A stretch of 59,945 bases of DNA, the filler included. It is 4 parts of 4 records of this genome, joined end to end, with 100 filler letters (N's around TTAATTAATTAA, not from the genome) between each part and the next. Parts side by side here need not be neighbours in the genome. Positions count along the whole stretch, not along the records: positions 10,756 to 35,657 come from SRR31156797_1919; 3 more parts are not named here. The stretch is one strand, 5' to 3'. The stretch's first letter is position 1. Each line of letters starts with the position of its first letter. The notes under the pieces are model-generated. The model did not search any database. It was not told the origin of the DNA and saw only the letters and a list, made by a program, of their open reading frames with translations. The translations under genes were made by a program, and so were the position numbers. Positions 21,331 through 30,637 of this stretch are shown piece by piece.

Positions 21331-21419
21331 AGACAAAAGTATTAAGAATCAAGACAAAAGATGTTAGTGTTAATTACTTATGCAGTCTTTAGTCTTTAGT
21401 TTTTATACTTTATACTAAT
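21331..21419. repeat. Inverted heptamer-repeat element (cimA-leuB spacer)
   Basis: agacaaa agtatta agaatca agacaaa agatgtt ... gtcttta gtcttta gttttta tacttta; shares AGACAAAAGTATTAAGA with the copy at 17533. Confidence 0.65.
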
Positions 21420-21428
21420 ATTGAAATT

Positions 21429-22487
21429 ATGAAATTGAATATCGCTGTTTTAGCCGGTGACGGAATAGGTCCCGAAATTGTAGCACAGGCACAAAAAGTA
21501 ATTGATGCTGTTGCTACTAAGTATAATCACGAAGTAGTTTATACCCCAGCATTAGTTGGAGCTACTGCTATTGATCAGGTTGGTGATCCTTATCCGGAAG
21601 CTACGCATGAGGTTTGTATGAACTCTGATGCTGTTTTATTTGGAGCTATTGGTGATCCTAAGTTTGATAATGATCCTAAAGCTAAGGTTCGTCCAGAGCA
21701 AGGATTATTAGCGATGCGTAAAAAATTAGGTCTATATGCAAACATCCGTCCGGTAGCAACTTTCCCTTCTTTGTTGGAGAAAAGTCCTTTGCGTTTAGAT
21801 ATCGTTGAAGGTGCTGACTTGGTTGTTGTTCGTGAATTAACAGGCGGGATTTATTTTGGTGAAAAAGGTCGTTCAGAAGATTTGAAAAAAGCTTTTGATA
21901 CTTGTACTTATACAACCGAAGAAATTGAGCGTATCCTTAAATTAGCCTTTTCATATGCAGGTAAAAGAGATAAGCGATTAACTGTTGTTGATAAAGCAAA
22001 CGTATTAGCTACTTCTCGTTTATGGAGAGAAACGGCTCAGGCAATGGAATCTGATTATAAAGATATTGAAGTAGATTATATGTTCGTTGATAATGCAGCG
22101 ATGCAGTTAATTCAATGGCCTAAGAAGTTTGACGTAATGGTTACTGAAAATATGTTTGGTGATATCATTAGTGATGAAGCTTCTGTTATTACAGGTTCTT
22201 TAGGTTTATTGCCATCTGCATCTGTAGGTGTTCATACTTCTGTATTTGAGCCTATCCACGGTTCTTATCCACAGGCTGCAGGTAAAGATATCGCTAACCC
22301 TGTTGCAACAGTTCTTTCTGCTGCTATGTTGTTAGAGTCTTTAGATTTATTAGATGAAGCTGCTTTAGTACGCGAGGCTGTTAATAAATCATTAGAAGAG
22401 GGTGTGGTAACTGAAGATATTAGCAAAGAAAAGTCATATAAAACTTCTGAAGTAGGAGATTGGTTGGCTAAATATATTGCAGGATAA
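21429..22487 (+). CDS. leuB: 3-isopropylmalate dehydrogenase
   Basis: [48 protein letters not shown]. Confidence 0.97.
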   Translation: MKLNIAVLAGDGIGPEIVAQAQKVIDAVATKYNHEVVYTPALVGATAIDQVGDPYPEATHEVCMNSDAVLFGAIGDPKFDNDPKAKVRPEQGLLAMRKKLGLYANIRPVATFPSLLEKSPLRLDIVEGADLVVVRELTGGIYFGEKGRSEDLKKAFDTCTYTTEEIERILKLAFSYAGKRDKRLTVVDKANVLATSRLWRETAQAMESDYKDIEVDYMFVDNAAMQLIQWPKKFDVMVTENMFGDIISDEASVITGSLGLLPSASVGVHTSVFEPIHGSYPQAAGKDIANPVATVLSAAMLLESLDLLDEAALVREAVNKSLEEGVVTEDISKEKSYKTSEVGDWLAKYIAG

Positions 22488-22510
22488 TTCCTGAATAGAT
22501 ACAATATAAT

Positions 22511-22550
22511 AACCCCTGTTTGGCTTAAGTCAACAGGGGTTTGTTTTTTT
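22511..22550 (+). terminator. Terminator of the leu operon
   Basis: AACCCCTGTT...AACAGGGGTT followed by a T-rich tail. Confidence 0.8.
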
Positions 22551-22605
22551 ATGAATGTTTTCTCAAGACCTTTGTAAAATATCCTGCGAAATCATTTTTA
22601 TGTAG

Positions 22606-23430
22606 CTATTGCACTAATAAGGTATCACACTCCAAATACCATTCTTCATTTTGCTTTAAGGATTTAAACTGACTGTGTGCACCCAGAATACTTGATAATA
22701 GCTGGTACTCTTCCATTTTATAATGTAAAGAATATTGTGTATTCAGAAAAACGATAAAGGAATCAAGGCATGTTCCCTGATAGCCCGTAAGGCTTGCAAT
22801 ATTTTCACGTGAGGTAAAGTAATTGAATCTAGTACTTTCATCCGCAATTTTTTCCAGCTCTTTAACACGCTCACGTGCTACGGCTATCGGATCTCTTCCT
22901 CCTAATGAGAGTGAGACACCAAATGTACCACTGGCAGCTTTTTTATCTGCTTTACCCCAGGCAATGGCTTCTTCAAAATCATTACCCCATGAGTTAACCA
23001 TCTCTTTGGCCAGTTCATCTTCTGTTTTGGGTAGTTTTAAATCTTTAAAGGCTTGTTTAAAATGGGCATATGAATAATATCGAACCACCTCTATTTCATC
23101 TAAAGCATAAATATTAGTTTGTACATTCAACTTTACGGCTTCATCCATTGAGTGCCAAATGCCTGAAACCACCCAGGTAGTATCTTTATATCCCAAGCTA
23201 TGAAATCGAATAGTATCACCTACCGAACCATGAATTTTAAAATAGCCTTCTGTATCGCTTAAAACCACTTCTCCGGTTTTTTCATTCTTCACAGCACCAA
23301 AAGCTACAGCGTCTCCATTTTTTTGCTTTTTTAAATAAGCTTCCATTTCCTTTGACTCATCCGACTGGGCAAAGGAAAGAGTAAATAAGCTGAGTAGAAA
23401 TAGTGTTATAGCGTATTTATTTGTTTTCAT
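22606..23430 (-). CDS. Exported hypothetical protein with carboxypeptidase-regulatory-like domain
   Basis: Signal peptide MKTNKYAITLFLL..; SDTEGYFKI...GDTIRFHSLGY...LDEIEV pattern. Confidence 0.7.
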   Translation of the reverse strand: MKTNKYAITLFLLSLFTLSFAQSDESKEMEAYLKKQKNGDAVAFGAVKNEKTGEVVLSDTEGYFKIHGSVGDTIRFHSLGYKDTTWVVSGIWHSMDEAVKLNVQTNIYALDEIEVVRYYSYAHFKQAFKDLKLPKTEDELAKEMVNSWGNDFEEAIAWGKADKKAASGTFGVSLSLGGRDPIAVARERVKELEKIADESTRFNYFTSRENIASLTGYQGTCLDSFIVFLNTQYSLHYKMEEYQLLSSILGAHSQFKSLKQNEEWYLECDTLLVQ

Positions 23431-24163
23431 TTTTTTGCTCAAATTCAAGTTTTAACGCTTTGATTTTTTCTTTTACCAACAAGGGATTATCCTTGGAGCT
23501 AAGTTTCAGGTGAATGTTGCAATAAATGATAAAGTTGGTTAACATATCACCTTTTTCATAGCCGGACACTTCCTTTATGATTTCAGGATTATAAAACAGG
23601 TTTATTTTGTCTTGCTCTTTTTCCTGTGCCAGCATCCGTTTTGCATTTCTTTTTCTTTTTTCTCTTTTACTGGTATGATAATGTACATAGCTAATCGGAC
23701 TTACCAGTGCTGCCAGAACAGGTGGTTTCTTAGAGAAATCATCACTTCGTAAAGCAGGTGGTGTATCACTTTTTTTGCCGAGTTCAATACCTTCAGGTAA
23801 ATGGAGATGCATTTCGTTTGTAGATACCTCTACTTCCTGAATCATATACGAACGTCTGGGTAATGAAATCGTCATTCCATCCGGATTATCCATAAACTCT
23901 TTCACTTTTATGACTTTTCCTTCGTAGCTCAATCCAAAAACTTTGAGAGAATCTGTACTTTTAAATACATGCCTAAAGGTTCCTAAAGAATCAGTCACAA
24001 AGCGTTGGTAAGTTTCATAGCTTATTACCTGAGCGCCTTCAATCGTCTTGCCGTTTGCTTCATCTTTTACAAGTAATTTTACCCATACCAATGAAGTAGA
24101 TTCTTGTTGGGCGTACATGTAGCAAAAACTAAATAAGAATACAAATAAGAAGGCCAGGCGCAT
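23417..24163 (-). CDS. Exported hypothetical protein with carboxypeptidase-regulatory-like domain (paralog of the neighbour)
   Basis: Signal peptide; VKDEANGKTIEGAQV...TDSLGTF...DSLKVFGLSY...IQEVEV. Confidence 0.7.
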   Translation of the reverse strand: MRLAFLFVFLFSFCYMYAQQESTSLVWVKLLVKDEANGKTIEGAQVISYETYQRFVTDSLGTFRHVFKSTDSLKVFGLSYEGKVIKVKEFMDNPDGMTISLPRRSYMIQEVEVSTNEMHLHLPEGIELGKKSDTPPALRSDDFSKKPPVLAALVSPISYVHYHTSKREKRKRNAKRMLAQEKEQDKINLFYNPEIIKEVSGYEKGDMLTNFIIYCNIHLKLSSKDNPLLVKEKIKALKLEFEQKNENK

Positions 24164-24341
24164 ACCAATTCTAAAATTTAAAGTCCGAAAATTATAAACA
24201 AATGAGTATTTAGAAGTTTTTTTATCCGGGATTAACCAAACTTTAACCTATGTGCGTTGTTACAATATGCGTACCGATAAACTGTATACTCTTAAATAAT
24301 ACCGATTATATATCAAATTCATATATAATGAAGTAGTATGA

Positions 24342-24373
24342 TTTGCAATTAGATTGCATTCATTATACTTTTG
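24342..24373 (+). promoter_or_regulatory. Bacteroidota sigma-A type promoter for dapD
   Basis: TTTG (24342-24345), 20-nt spacer, TACTTTTG (24366-24373). Confidence 0.65.
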
Positions 24374-24398
24374 TGGCAAATTATAAATTCGAACAAAG

Positions 24399-25217
24399 AT
24401 GTTAGAACAATACAAAGAACTTGTTGAGAAAGCCTGGGAAGACAGGGAGTTATTAAAAAAGGAAGAAACACAAAACATCATCCGTGAGTTAATGGAGATG
24501 TTGGATAAGGGTAAAATCCGAGTAGCTGAGCCAGATGGAGATGATTGGAAAGTAAATGAGTGGGTTAAAAAAGCAGTTATCCTTTACTTCCCTATTCAAA
24601 AAATGGAAACTATTGAGGCTGGTCCTTTAGAGTTTCATGATAAAATGGCTTTAAAAAAGAACTATGCTGAATTAGGTATTCGTGTAGTTCCTCATGCTGT
24701 AGCTCGTTATGGTGCTTACATCTCAAGTGGTGTTGTTTTAATGCCTTCATATGTAAATATTGGTGCTTATGTTGAGGGTGGAACAATGGTTGATACTTGG
24801 GCTACTGTTGGTAGTTGTGCACAAATTGGTAAAAATGTTCACTTAAGTGGTGGTGTTGGTATTGGTGGCGTATTAGAGCCAGTTCAAGCTGCTCCGGTTA
24901 TTATCGAAGATGATGCTTTTATCGGTTCTCGTTGTATTGTTGTTGAAGGATGTAGAGTAGGAAAAGAAGCTGTATTGGGTGCCAATGTAGTATTGACTGG
25001 TTCTACAAAAATTATTGATGTAACAGGTGATGAGCCGGTAGAATATAAAGGGTATGTACCTCCTCGTTCTGTGGTTATTCCAGGAAGTTATACTAAGAAG
25101 TTTCCTGCCGGAGATTTCCAGGTTCCTGCTGCTTTAATCATTGGTAAGCGTAAAGAGTCTACCGATAAAAAGACTTCATTAAACGATGCATTACGCGAAA
25201 ATAATGTAGCGGTATAA
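24399..25217 (+). CDS. dapD: Tetrahydrodipicolinate N-succinyltransferase
   Basis: WKVNEWVKKAV, MPSYVNIGAYV, VDTWATVGSCAQIG, GGVLEP.QA.P. Confidence 0.96.
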   Translation: MLEQYKELVEKAWEDRELLKKEETQNIIRELMEMLDKGKIRVAEPDGDDWKVNEWVKKAVILYFPIQKMETIEAGPLEFHDKMALKKNYAELGIRVVPHAVARYGAYISSGVVLMPSYVNIGAYVEGGTMVDTWATVGSCAQIGKNVHLSGGVGIGGVLEPVQAAPVIIEDDAFIGSRCIVVEGCRVGKEAVLGANVVLTGSTKIIDVTGDEPVEYKGYVPPRSVVIPGSYTKKFPAGDFQVPAALIIGKRKESTDKKTSLNDALRENNVAV

Positions 25218-25219
25218 TA

Positions 25220-25295
25220 AGATAAAAGATTGTGAGATAAGAGATGAAAGACAAATAGCGGTCTAAAGTCTCTTATCTCTTATCTAAAAGTCAAG
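25220..25295. repeat. Inverted heptamer-repeat element (dapD-tsaC spacer)
   Basis: agataaa agattgtg agataag agatgaa agacaaa ... gtctaaa gtctctt atctctt atctaaa. Confidence 0.6.
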
Positions 25296-25300
25296 GTATT

Positions 25301-25864
25301 ATGGTCGACGATATTAAGAAAGCTGTTGAGGTATTGCAACAGGGAGGTTTAATTCTTTACCCTACCGATACCATTTGGGGAATTGGTTGTGATGCCACAA
25401 ACGAAGAGGCGGTTAAAAAGGTATATGCACTCAAACAACGTGAGGATAGTAAAAGTATGTTGGTGTTATTGGACAATGATGCCAAACTAAATTCTTATGT
25501 AGATGAAGTGCCTGAAATGGCTTGGGATTTAATTGATTTGAGTACAAAACCGATTACTGTAATTTATCCAAGCGCAAAAAACTTAGCTCCTAATCTACTG
25601 GCAGAGGATAAAAGCGTAGGAATTAGAATTACAAAAGAAAACTTCTCACAGCAGTTATGCCAGCGCTTTAAAAAACCTATCGTTTCCACCTCGGCTAATA
25701 TTAGTGGACAGCCTTCGCCTATGAATTTTAGTGAAATTAGTGAAGAAGTTAAAGCCGGCGTTGATTATATCGTTCAGTTTCGACAGGAGGAATTGGAAAA
25801 TCCTGCACCATCGAGTATTGTTAAGCTTGGTGTTAATGGCGAAGTGCAAGTAATTAGAGAGTAA
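25301..25864 (+). CDS. tsaC: L-threonylcarbamoyladenylate synthase (Sua5/YrdC)
   Basis: YPTDTIWGIGC, LKQR, STSANISG. Confidence 0.93.
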   Translation: MVDDIKKAVEVLQQGGLILYPTDTIWGIGCDATNEEAVKKVYALKQREDSKSMLVLLDNDAKLNSYVDEVPEMAWDLIDLSTKPITVIYPSAKNLAPNLLAEDKSVGIRITKENFSQQLCQRFKKPIVSTSANISGQPSPMNFSEISEEVKAGVDYIVQFRQEELENPAPSSIVKLGVNGEVQVIRE

Positions 25865-25865
25865 T

Positions 25866-26294
25866 ATGTCAGAAGAACAAATAGCATTTAATCATCAGGA
25901 TCAAATTCAAATTCGTTTTAACGATATTGATGGATTAGGCCATGTAAACAATACTACTTTACAGGAATATTTTGATCTGGGTCGTTTAGGGTATTTTAAT
26001 ACTGTATTCGAGAATAAAGTGGATTGGGGAACATTTGGTGCTATTGTGGCTTCTATTAAAACTGATTTTATCTCACCTGTGTTTTTAAAAGATCAGTTAG
26101 TGGTGAAAACCAAAATTAAATCCATTGGCAATAAAAGCATGCAAATGGTTCAGCAAATTGAGGATAAGCAAGGTGCTGTAAAAGCAATATGTCAGTCTGT
26201 GATGGTTGGTTTTAATCCAAAGAATCATGAATCAGTCGTTATTCCTGAAGATTGGCGAATGAAAATTGGCGCATTAGAAAAATTGACATTTTAA
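25866..26294 (+). CDS. Acyl-CoA thioesterase (4HBT/hot-dog family)
   Basis: IRFNDIDGLGHVNN..Y motif. Confidence 0.88.
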   Translation: MSEEQIAFNHQDQIQIRFNDIDGLGHVNNTTLQEYFDLGRLGYFNTVFENKVDWGTFGAIVASIKTDFISPVFLKDQLVVKTKIKSIGNKSMQMVQQIEDKQGAVKAICQSVMVGFNPKNHESVVIPEDWRMKIGALEKLTF

Positions 26295-26466
26295 GTCCAA
26301 TCCTCAAGTGGATAATTTGATTGTAAATTGTTCCTTAAAATACCATTCTGCCTTATTTTGATATTCTTTATTACCTACGTAGAATTATCAAATTGTGATA
26401 CACAAGTGCAAATTGATTATCGAAAAAGTATTTGTGTTTAAACCTGCTGTGCATAGGTTAGTACAA

Positions 26467-26495
26467 ATCTCCACTTGTTTGACTAATATCTCCAC
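26467..26495 (+). promoter_or_regulatory. Direct repeat ATCTCCAC x2 at 21-bp period; candidate HTCS/AraC site
   Basis: Exact 8-mers at 26467 and 26488, upstream of the arabinan operon. Confidence 0.55.
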
Positions 26496-26619
26496 CCATT
26501 TTTTATTAATAAAAGTCATATTTGCATAGGGATAATAGGCTCATAGCATTATTTTCATTGCTATAGATTAGATTATTCTGCAGATAAAATCAAATAAGCA
26601 TTGAAACTAAATAAATAAA

Positions 26620-27621
26620 ATGGGTAAGTTGAAGTTAAATTTTATTGTAGTACTTTTTGCTGTTGCCGTATTGGGATGTAAAGCTCAAAGTAAGCAAATG
26701 ATTGTGCACGATCCGGTTGCTATTGAAGCAGATGGAAAATACTATATGTTTGGAACCGGTCCAGGAATTGAGTCTGGTGTTTCTGATGATATAGTAAACT
26801 GGACCAAATATACCTCTCAGGTATTTGATCCTATGCCGGATTGGTTTAAAAAAGAAGTGCCAAACTTTAACGGACATATATGGGCTCCGGATATTATTTA
26901 TCGCAATGGAAAATACTATTTGTATTATTCTATTTCATCTTTCGGAAGTAATCTTTCTGCAATTGGAGTAGCTACAAATACAACGCTAGATAGAAATAAC
27001 AAGGATTCTAAATGGGTAGATCATGGCATTGTTGTTCGATCTTATCCGGGTCGTGATAACTGGAATGCGATTGATCCGAATATCATTTTTGACGAAAATG
27101 ATGTGCCCTGGATGAGTTTTGGTTCTTTTTGGGGAGGTTTAAAAATTGTGAAATTAAATGATGACTTAATTTCTTTGGCTGAGCCGCAAGAGTGGTATAC
27201 CATTGCTGCAAGACCACGAAATTTAGGCACAGATGAAGCAGAGGCTGGCAACGGCGCTATAGAAGGGCCATTTATCATTAAAAAGGATGAGTACTATTAT
27301 ATGTTTGTGTCATTTGATTTATGTTGTCGTGGAGCTGAAAGTACTTACCATGTTCGTGTGGGACGTTCAGAATCAGTAACAGGACCTTATCTGGATAGAG
27401 ATGGTGTTCCAATGACGCAAGGTGGTGGAACATTAGTTATTGAAGGAGACGATGATTTTTATGCCATAGGACATAACTCTGTTTATGATTTTGGAGGAAC
27501 GCACTATATGTTTAGTCATGGTTATGATGCGCATGATAATGGTCTGCCAAAACTTCTTGTTCATATTTTAGGATGGGATGAAGCCGGATGGCCTTTTGTA
27601 AAGGAATATCTTAAAAAATAA
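26620..27621 (+). CDS. GH43 endo-1,5-alpha-L-arabinanase, probable lipoprotein
   Basis: VHDP, WAPD, NAIDP, IEGP and DLCCRG motifs; AVLGC lipobox. Confidence 0.85.
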   Translation: MGKLKLNFIVVLFAVAVLGCKAQSKQMIVHDPVAIEADGKYYMFGTGPGIESGVSDDIVNWTKYTSQVFDPMPDWFKKEVPNFNGHIWAPDIIYRNGKYYLYYSISSFGSNLSAIGVATNTTLDRNNKDSKWVDHGIVVRSYPGRDNWNAIDPNIIFDENDVPWMSFGSFWGGLKIVKLNDDLISLAEPQEWYTIAARPRNLGTDEAEAGNGAIEGPFIIKKDEYYYMFVSFDLCCRGAESTYHVRVGRSESVTGPYLDRDGVPMTQGGGTLVIEGDDDFYAIGHNSVYDFGGTHYMFSHGYDAHDNGLPKLLVHILGWDEAGWPFVKEYLKK

Positions 27622-27655
27622 TTTTCACAAAATATTGATCACTTTAAGTTAGTAT

Positions 27656-29014
27656 ATGAAACCACAAAAGCTTAGTATCCTTGAGAAAATAGGATACGGA
27701 TCGGGAGATGCAGCTGTTAATGTTGTGATATCTTCTATGTTCCTTATTATTACCTATTTTTATACGGATATATTTGGAATCAAGCCTACAGATGTTGCAT
27801 TAATGTTCTTGTTGGTTAGATTAATTGATGCAGTTAGCGACCCGTTGATGGGTGTTATTACCGATAAGTATAAATTCAAATCCGGAAGATTCAGACCGTA
27901 CTTTCTATTCTTATCCGTTCCGTTTGGGATATCGGTATTTCTTACTTTTACTACGCCGGATTTTGACTATGCCGGAAAACTGATTTACGCATATTTGACT
28001 TACATACTGGTAACCTTGATGTTTACGTCGGTTACTATTCCTTATATTTCATTAATTGGAGTATTAACCAATGATCCTAAAGAGCGTTTGTCTGCAAGTG
28101 GATATCGTCTCTTTTTTGCTAAAGTAGCTGCTTTTGGTGTTTCTATTTTAGTGCCGATTATGGCTAAGGAATTAGGGTCAGGAAATATGGCGCGTGGATA
28201 CCAGTTGGCAATGGGTATTATGGCCTTAAGTGGAACACTGCTTTTCTTGTTCTGCTTTTTTACCACCAAAGAACGTATTGAGCATGTTGTAGAGACTACA
28301 CCGTATTTGCAACAAGCAAAGTATTTATTTAAAAACGGACAGTGGTTATTATTACTGGGTTCTTGTTTGTCAGGAACAACAGGGTATGTGATCCGTGCAT
28401 CAGTAGCTATTTTCTATGCCAAGTATTACCTGGGTGGAGATGAAGTGGTACAGTCAACATTTATGGGAACTGGAGTTGCCGCAGCTATATTGGCTATGCC
28501 TGCCTCCACCTTAATCACAAAACGCTTTTGTAAAGTGAAGTTGTTTTGGATGTCGCAATTTGCTGTAGGTATTATTAGCGTTGTGATGTTTTTAATTGTA
28601 AAACCTCAGCCTGAGAGTATGTTCTTGGCTTATGCCATGTACTTTATTCTTTCATTTGTGGTAGATGTACATGCACCAGTATTCTGGACAGCGATTGCTG
28701 AAGCAGTGGATCATGGTCATGCAGAAACCGGAGTGCGTGTATCCGGATTAGCTTTTGGAGGTATTTCATTTGCTCAAAAAGCCGGAATGGGTATTGCAGG
28801 TTCTGTTGTTGGTTTGCTATTAGCAGCTTTCGGATATGTTGCTTCAACCAGTGATGTACCCAATCCACAGCAAACAGAAACAGCACTTTTAGGCTTGTCG
28901 TTGATGTTGACTTTAATTCCGGGTATATTCCATATTATTAACGGAATGTTGATTTACCGTTATAAAATTACAGATGAATATTACGAAACGATAAAAGCAA
29001 AAATTCATATATAA
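27656..29014 (+). CDS. Glycoside-pentoside-hexuronide (GPH) MFS symporter
   Basis: EKIGYGSGD, YFYTD.FG, RLIDAVSDPLMG, GRFRPY; about 12 hydrophobic segments. Confidence 0.9.
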   Translation: MKPQKLSILEKIGYGSGDAAVNVVISSMFLIITYFYTDIFGIKPTDVALMFLLVRLIDAVSDPLMGVITDKYKFKSGRFRPYFLFLSVPFGISVFLTFTTPDFDYAGKLIYAYLTYILVTLMFTSVTIPYISLIGVLTNDPKERLSASGYRLFFAKVAAFGVSILVPIMAKELGSGNMARGYQLAMGIMALSGTLLFLFCFFTTKERIEHVVETTPYLQQAKYLFKNGQWLLLLGSCLSGTTGYVIRASVAIFYAKYYLGGDEVVQSTFMGTGVAAAILAMPASTLITKRFCKVKLFWMSQFAVGIISVVMFLIVKPQPESMFLAYAMYFILSFVVDVHAPVFWTAIAEAVDHGHAETGVRVSGLAFGGISFAQKAGMGIAGSVVGLLLAAFGYVASTSDVPNPQQTETALLGLSLMLTLIPGIFHIINGMLIYRYKITDEYYETIKAKIHI

Positions 29015-29015
29015 G

Positions 29016-30017
29016 ATGGCTACAGAATCAAATAAACCGTTTGTTGAGCAAAGAGCTGATCCTTTTGTATACAAACACACCGACGGTTATTATTATTTTA
29101 CCGGTTCGGTACCAACCTATGATCGTATTGAGCTTAGAAAAGCTAAAACAATAGATGAATTAAAAAGTGCCGAAACATTTGATGTTTGGTTTAAGCATGA
29201 GTCGGGACCAATGAGCCGTCATATCTGGGCACCCGAAATTCACTACCTGGATGGTAAATGGTATGTTTATTTTGCGGCAAGCGAAGAAGAGGATATTTGG
29301 GCATTGCGTCCATATGTGCTGGAATGTAAAGGCCAGGATCCTTTAAAAGATGAATGGGTTGAATTAGGTATGATGCAGGCTGCCGATGGTGATGAAAAAT
29401 CATTTATCGATTTCTCTCTTGATGCTACGATTTTCGAGAATAAAGGAAAAAGATATTTCTGCTGGGCTGAAAAAACAGGTGGACAGTTTGCTGCCTCTAA
29501 TCTATATCTGGCCGAAATGGAGTCGCCCATTAAACTCAAAACCGTTCAGTTTATGCTGACTACACCGGATTATGACTGGGAAAGAGTTGACTTTTGGGTA
29601 AATGAAGGTCCTGCTGTTATTAAAAATGATGGGAAAATATTTATCGCATTTTCTGCCAGTGCTACCGGAGCCTGTTATTGCATGGGTTTAATGGAAGCTG
29701 ATGAGGATTCAGATTTGTTAGACAGAAATTCCTGGAAGAAATCTCGATACCCTGTTTTAGAAACAGATTATGACAAAAAAATATACGGCCCCGGACATAA
29801 CTGCTTTACTATAGCAGAGGATGATAAAACGCCTTTGTGTGTGTATCATGCCAGAGATTACGAAAAAGCGGTTGGAGATCCAACAGTGGTACCTAAAACG
29901 GATACCAGGCCATTGGAAGAAATTGTTGCCGATCCTTTATACGATCCAAACCGTCATGCAAGAGTGATGGAGGTAAAGTTCGATCAGGATGGCAGACCCG
30001 TATTTGAACTGTATTGA
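29016..30017 (+). CDS. GH43 alpha-L-arabinofuranosidase-like enzyme, no signal peptide
   Basis: QRADP, HIWAPEIH, FSLDAT, VNEGP, YGPGHN, YHAR. Confidence 0.85.
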   Translation: MATESNKPFVEQRADPFVYKHTDGYYYFTGSVPTYDRIELRKAKTIDELKSAETFDVWFKHESGPMSRHIWAPEIHYLDGKWYVYFAASEEEDIWALRPYVLECKGQDPLKDEWVELGMMQAADGDEKSFIDFSLDATIFENKGKRYFCWAEKTGGQFAASNLYLAEMESPIKLKTVQFMLTTPDYDWERVDFWVNEGPAVIKNDGKIFIAFSASATGACYCMGLMEADEDSDLLDRNSWKKSRYPVLETDYDKKIYGPGHNCFTIAEDDKTPLCVYHARDYEKAVGDPTVVPKTDTRPLEEIVADPLYDPNRHARVMEVKFDQDGRPVFELY

Positions 30018-30028
30018 TTTGGGATTAT

Positions 30029-30079
30029 GCATCTTTTGTAAGGAAATCATCTCCTGATTTCCTGCAAAAGGTGTTTTTT
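30029..30079 (+). terminator. Terminator of the arabinan operon
   Basis: GCATCTTTTGTAAGGAAATCA-tctcc-TGATTTCCTGCAAAAGGTGT plus T run. Confidence 0.7.
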
Positions 30080-30374
30080 CAGAAAAAAAATTGAATATGG
30101 ATAAGTGTAAAGTGTTGAGAAAAGGTAAGCTCTAATTGAAATCTCTAAAAAATAGGAGCTGCCTTTACTCATACTTGTTTCTACTACCTTCAAAAGCTAT
30201 TATTCTATAGTTTTTACCATTTCTTCAAAATCCAACAAGTCTTTATTGTTGACCACAATCATCTTAGTCCTGTTTTGTTTATTCAGGACATAACTGAGTT
30301 TACCCCTGGGCAAAATAAGTTACTCCTCTACTAAAGTTTCTTTATCAAAACATTAAAAACATCTGGAAGTCCTA

Positions 30375-30565
30375 AGATGACGCATGATATATGCAGATGA
30401 TGACCAGAATAATGCAGATGGCGAGTAGATGATTACAGATGATCATTTCATAATTAAGATGACGATGTCAAACATCCAGATGGCAGCTAGAATATAATAG
30501 AGGATAAGCAGAATGTCCAGAGGATAAGCTGATGTAGATAGATGGTGAAAAAAATATATAGAGGA
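30375..30565 (+). repeat. Phased array of ten AGA(T/G)G(A/G) hexamers at 20-21-bp period with variable spacers
   Basis: Motifs start at 30375, 30395, 30416, 30437, 30457, 30478, 30499, 30519, 30540 and 30560. Confidence 0.75.
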
Positions 30566-30580
30566 CGATATAATTAACTG

Positions 30581-30612
30581 AAAAAGCCAGGAGAAAGATA
30601 ACTCCTGGCTTT
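30581..30612 (-). terminator. Terminator after the lyase-like gene
   Basis: AAAGCCAGGAG...CTCCTGGCTTT, with a T tract on the minus strand. Confidence 0.8.
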
Positions 30613-30637
30613 AAATTAATTATGGCTTATGTTGTTT

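Noticed and set aside
30375-30565. Phased array as a CRISPR or TIGR array
   Set aside because: The constant part is only 6 bp, the unit is about 21 bp, and there is no cas or Nop-domain gene nearby. Kept only as an unexplained repeat.
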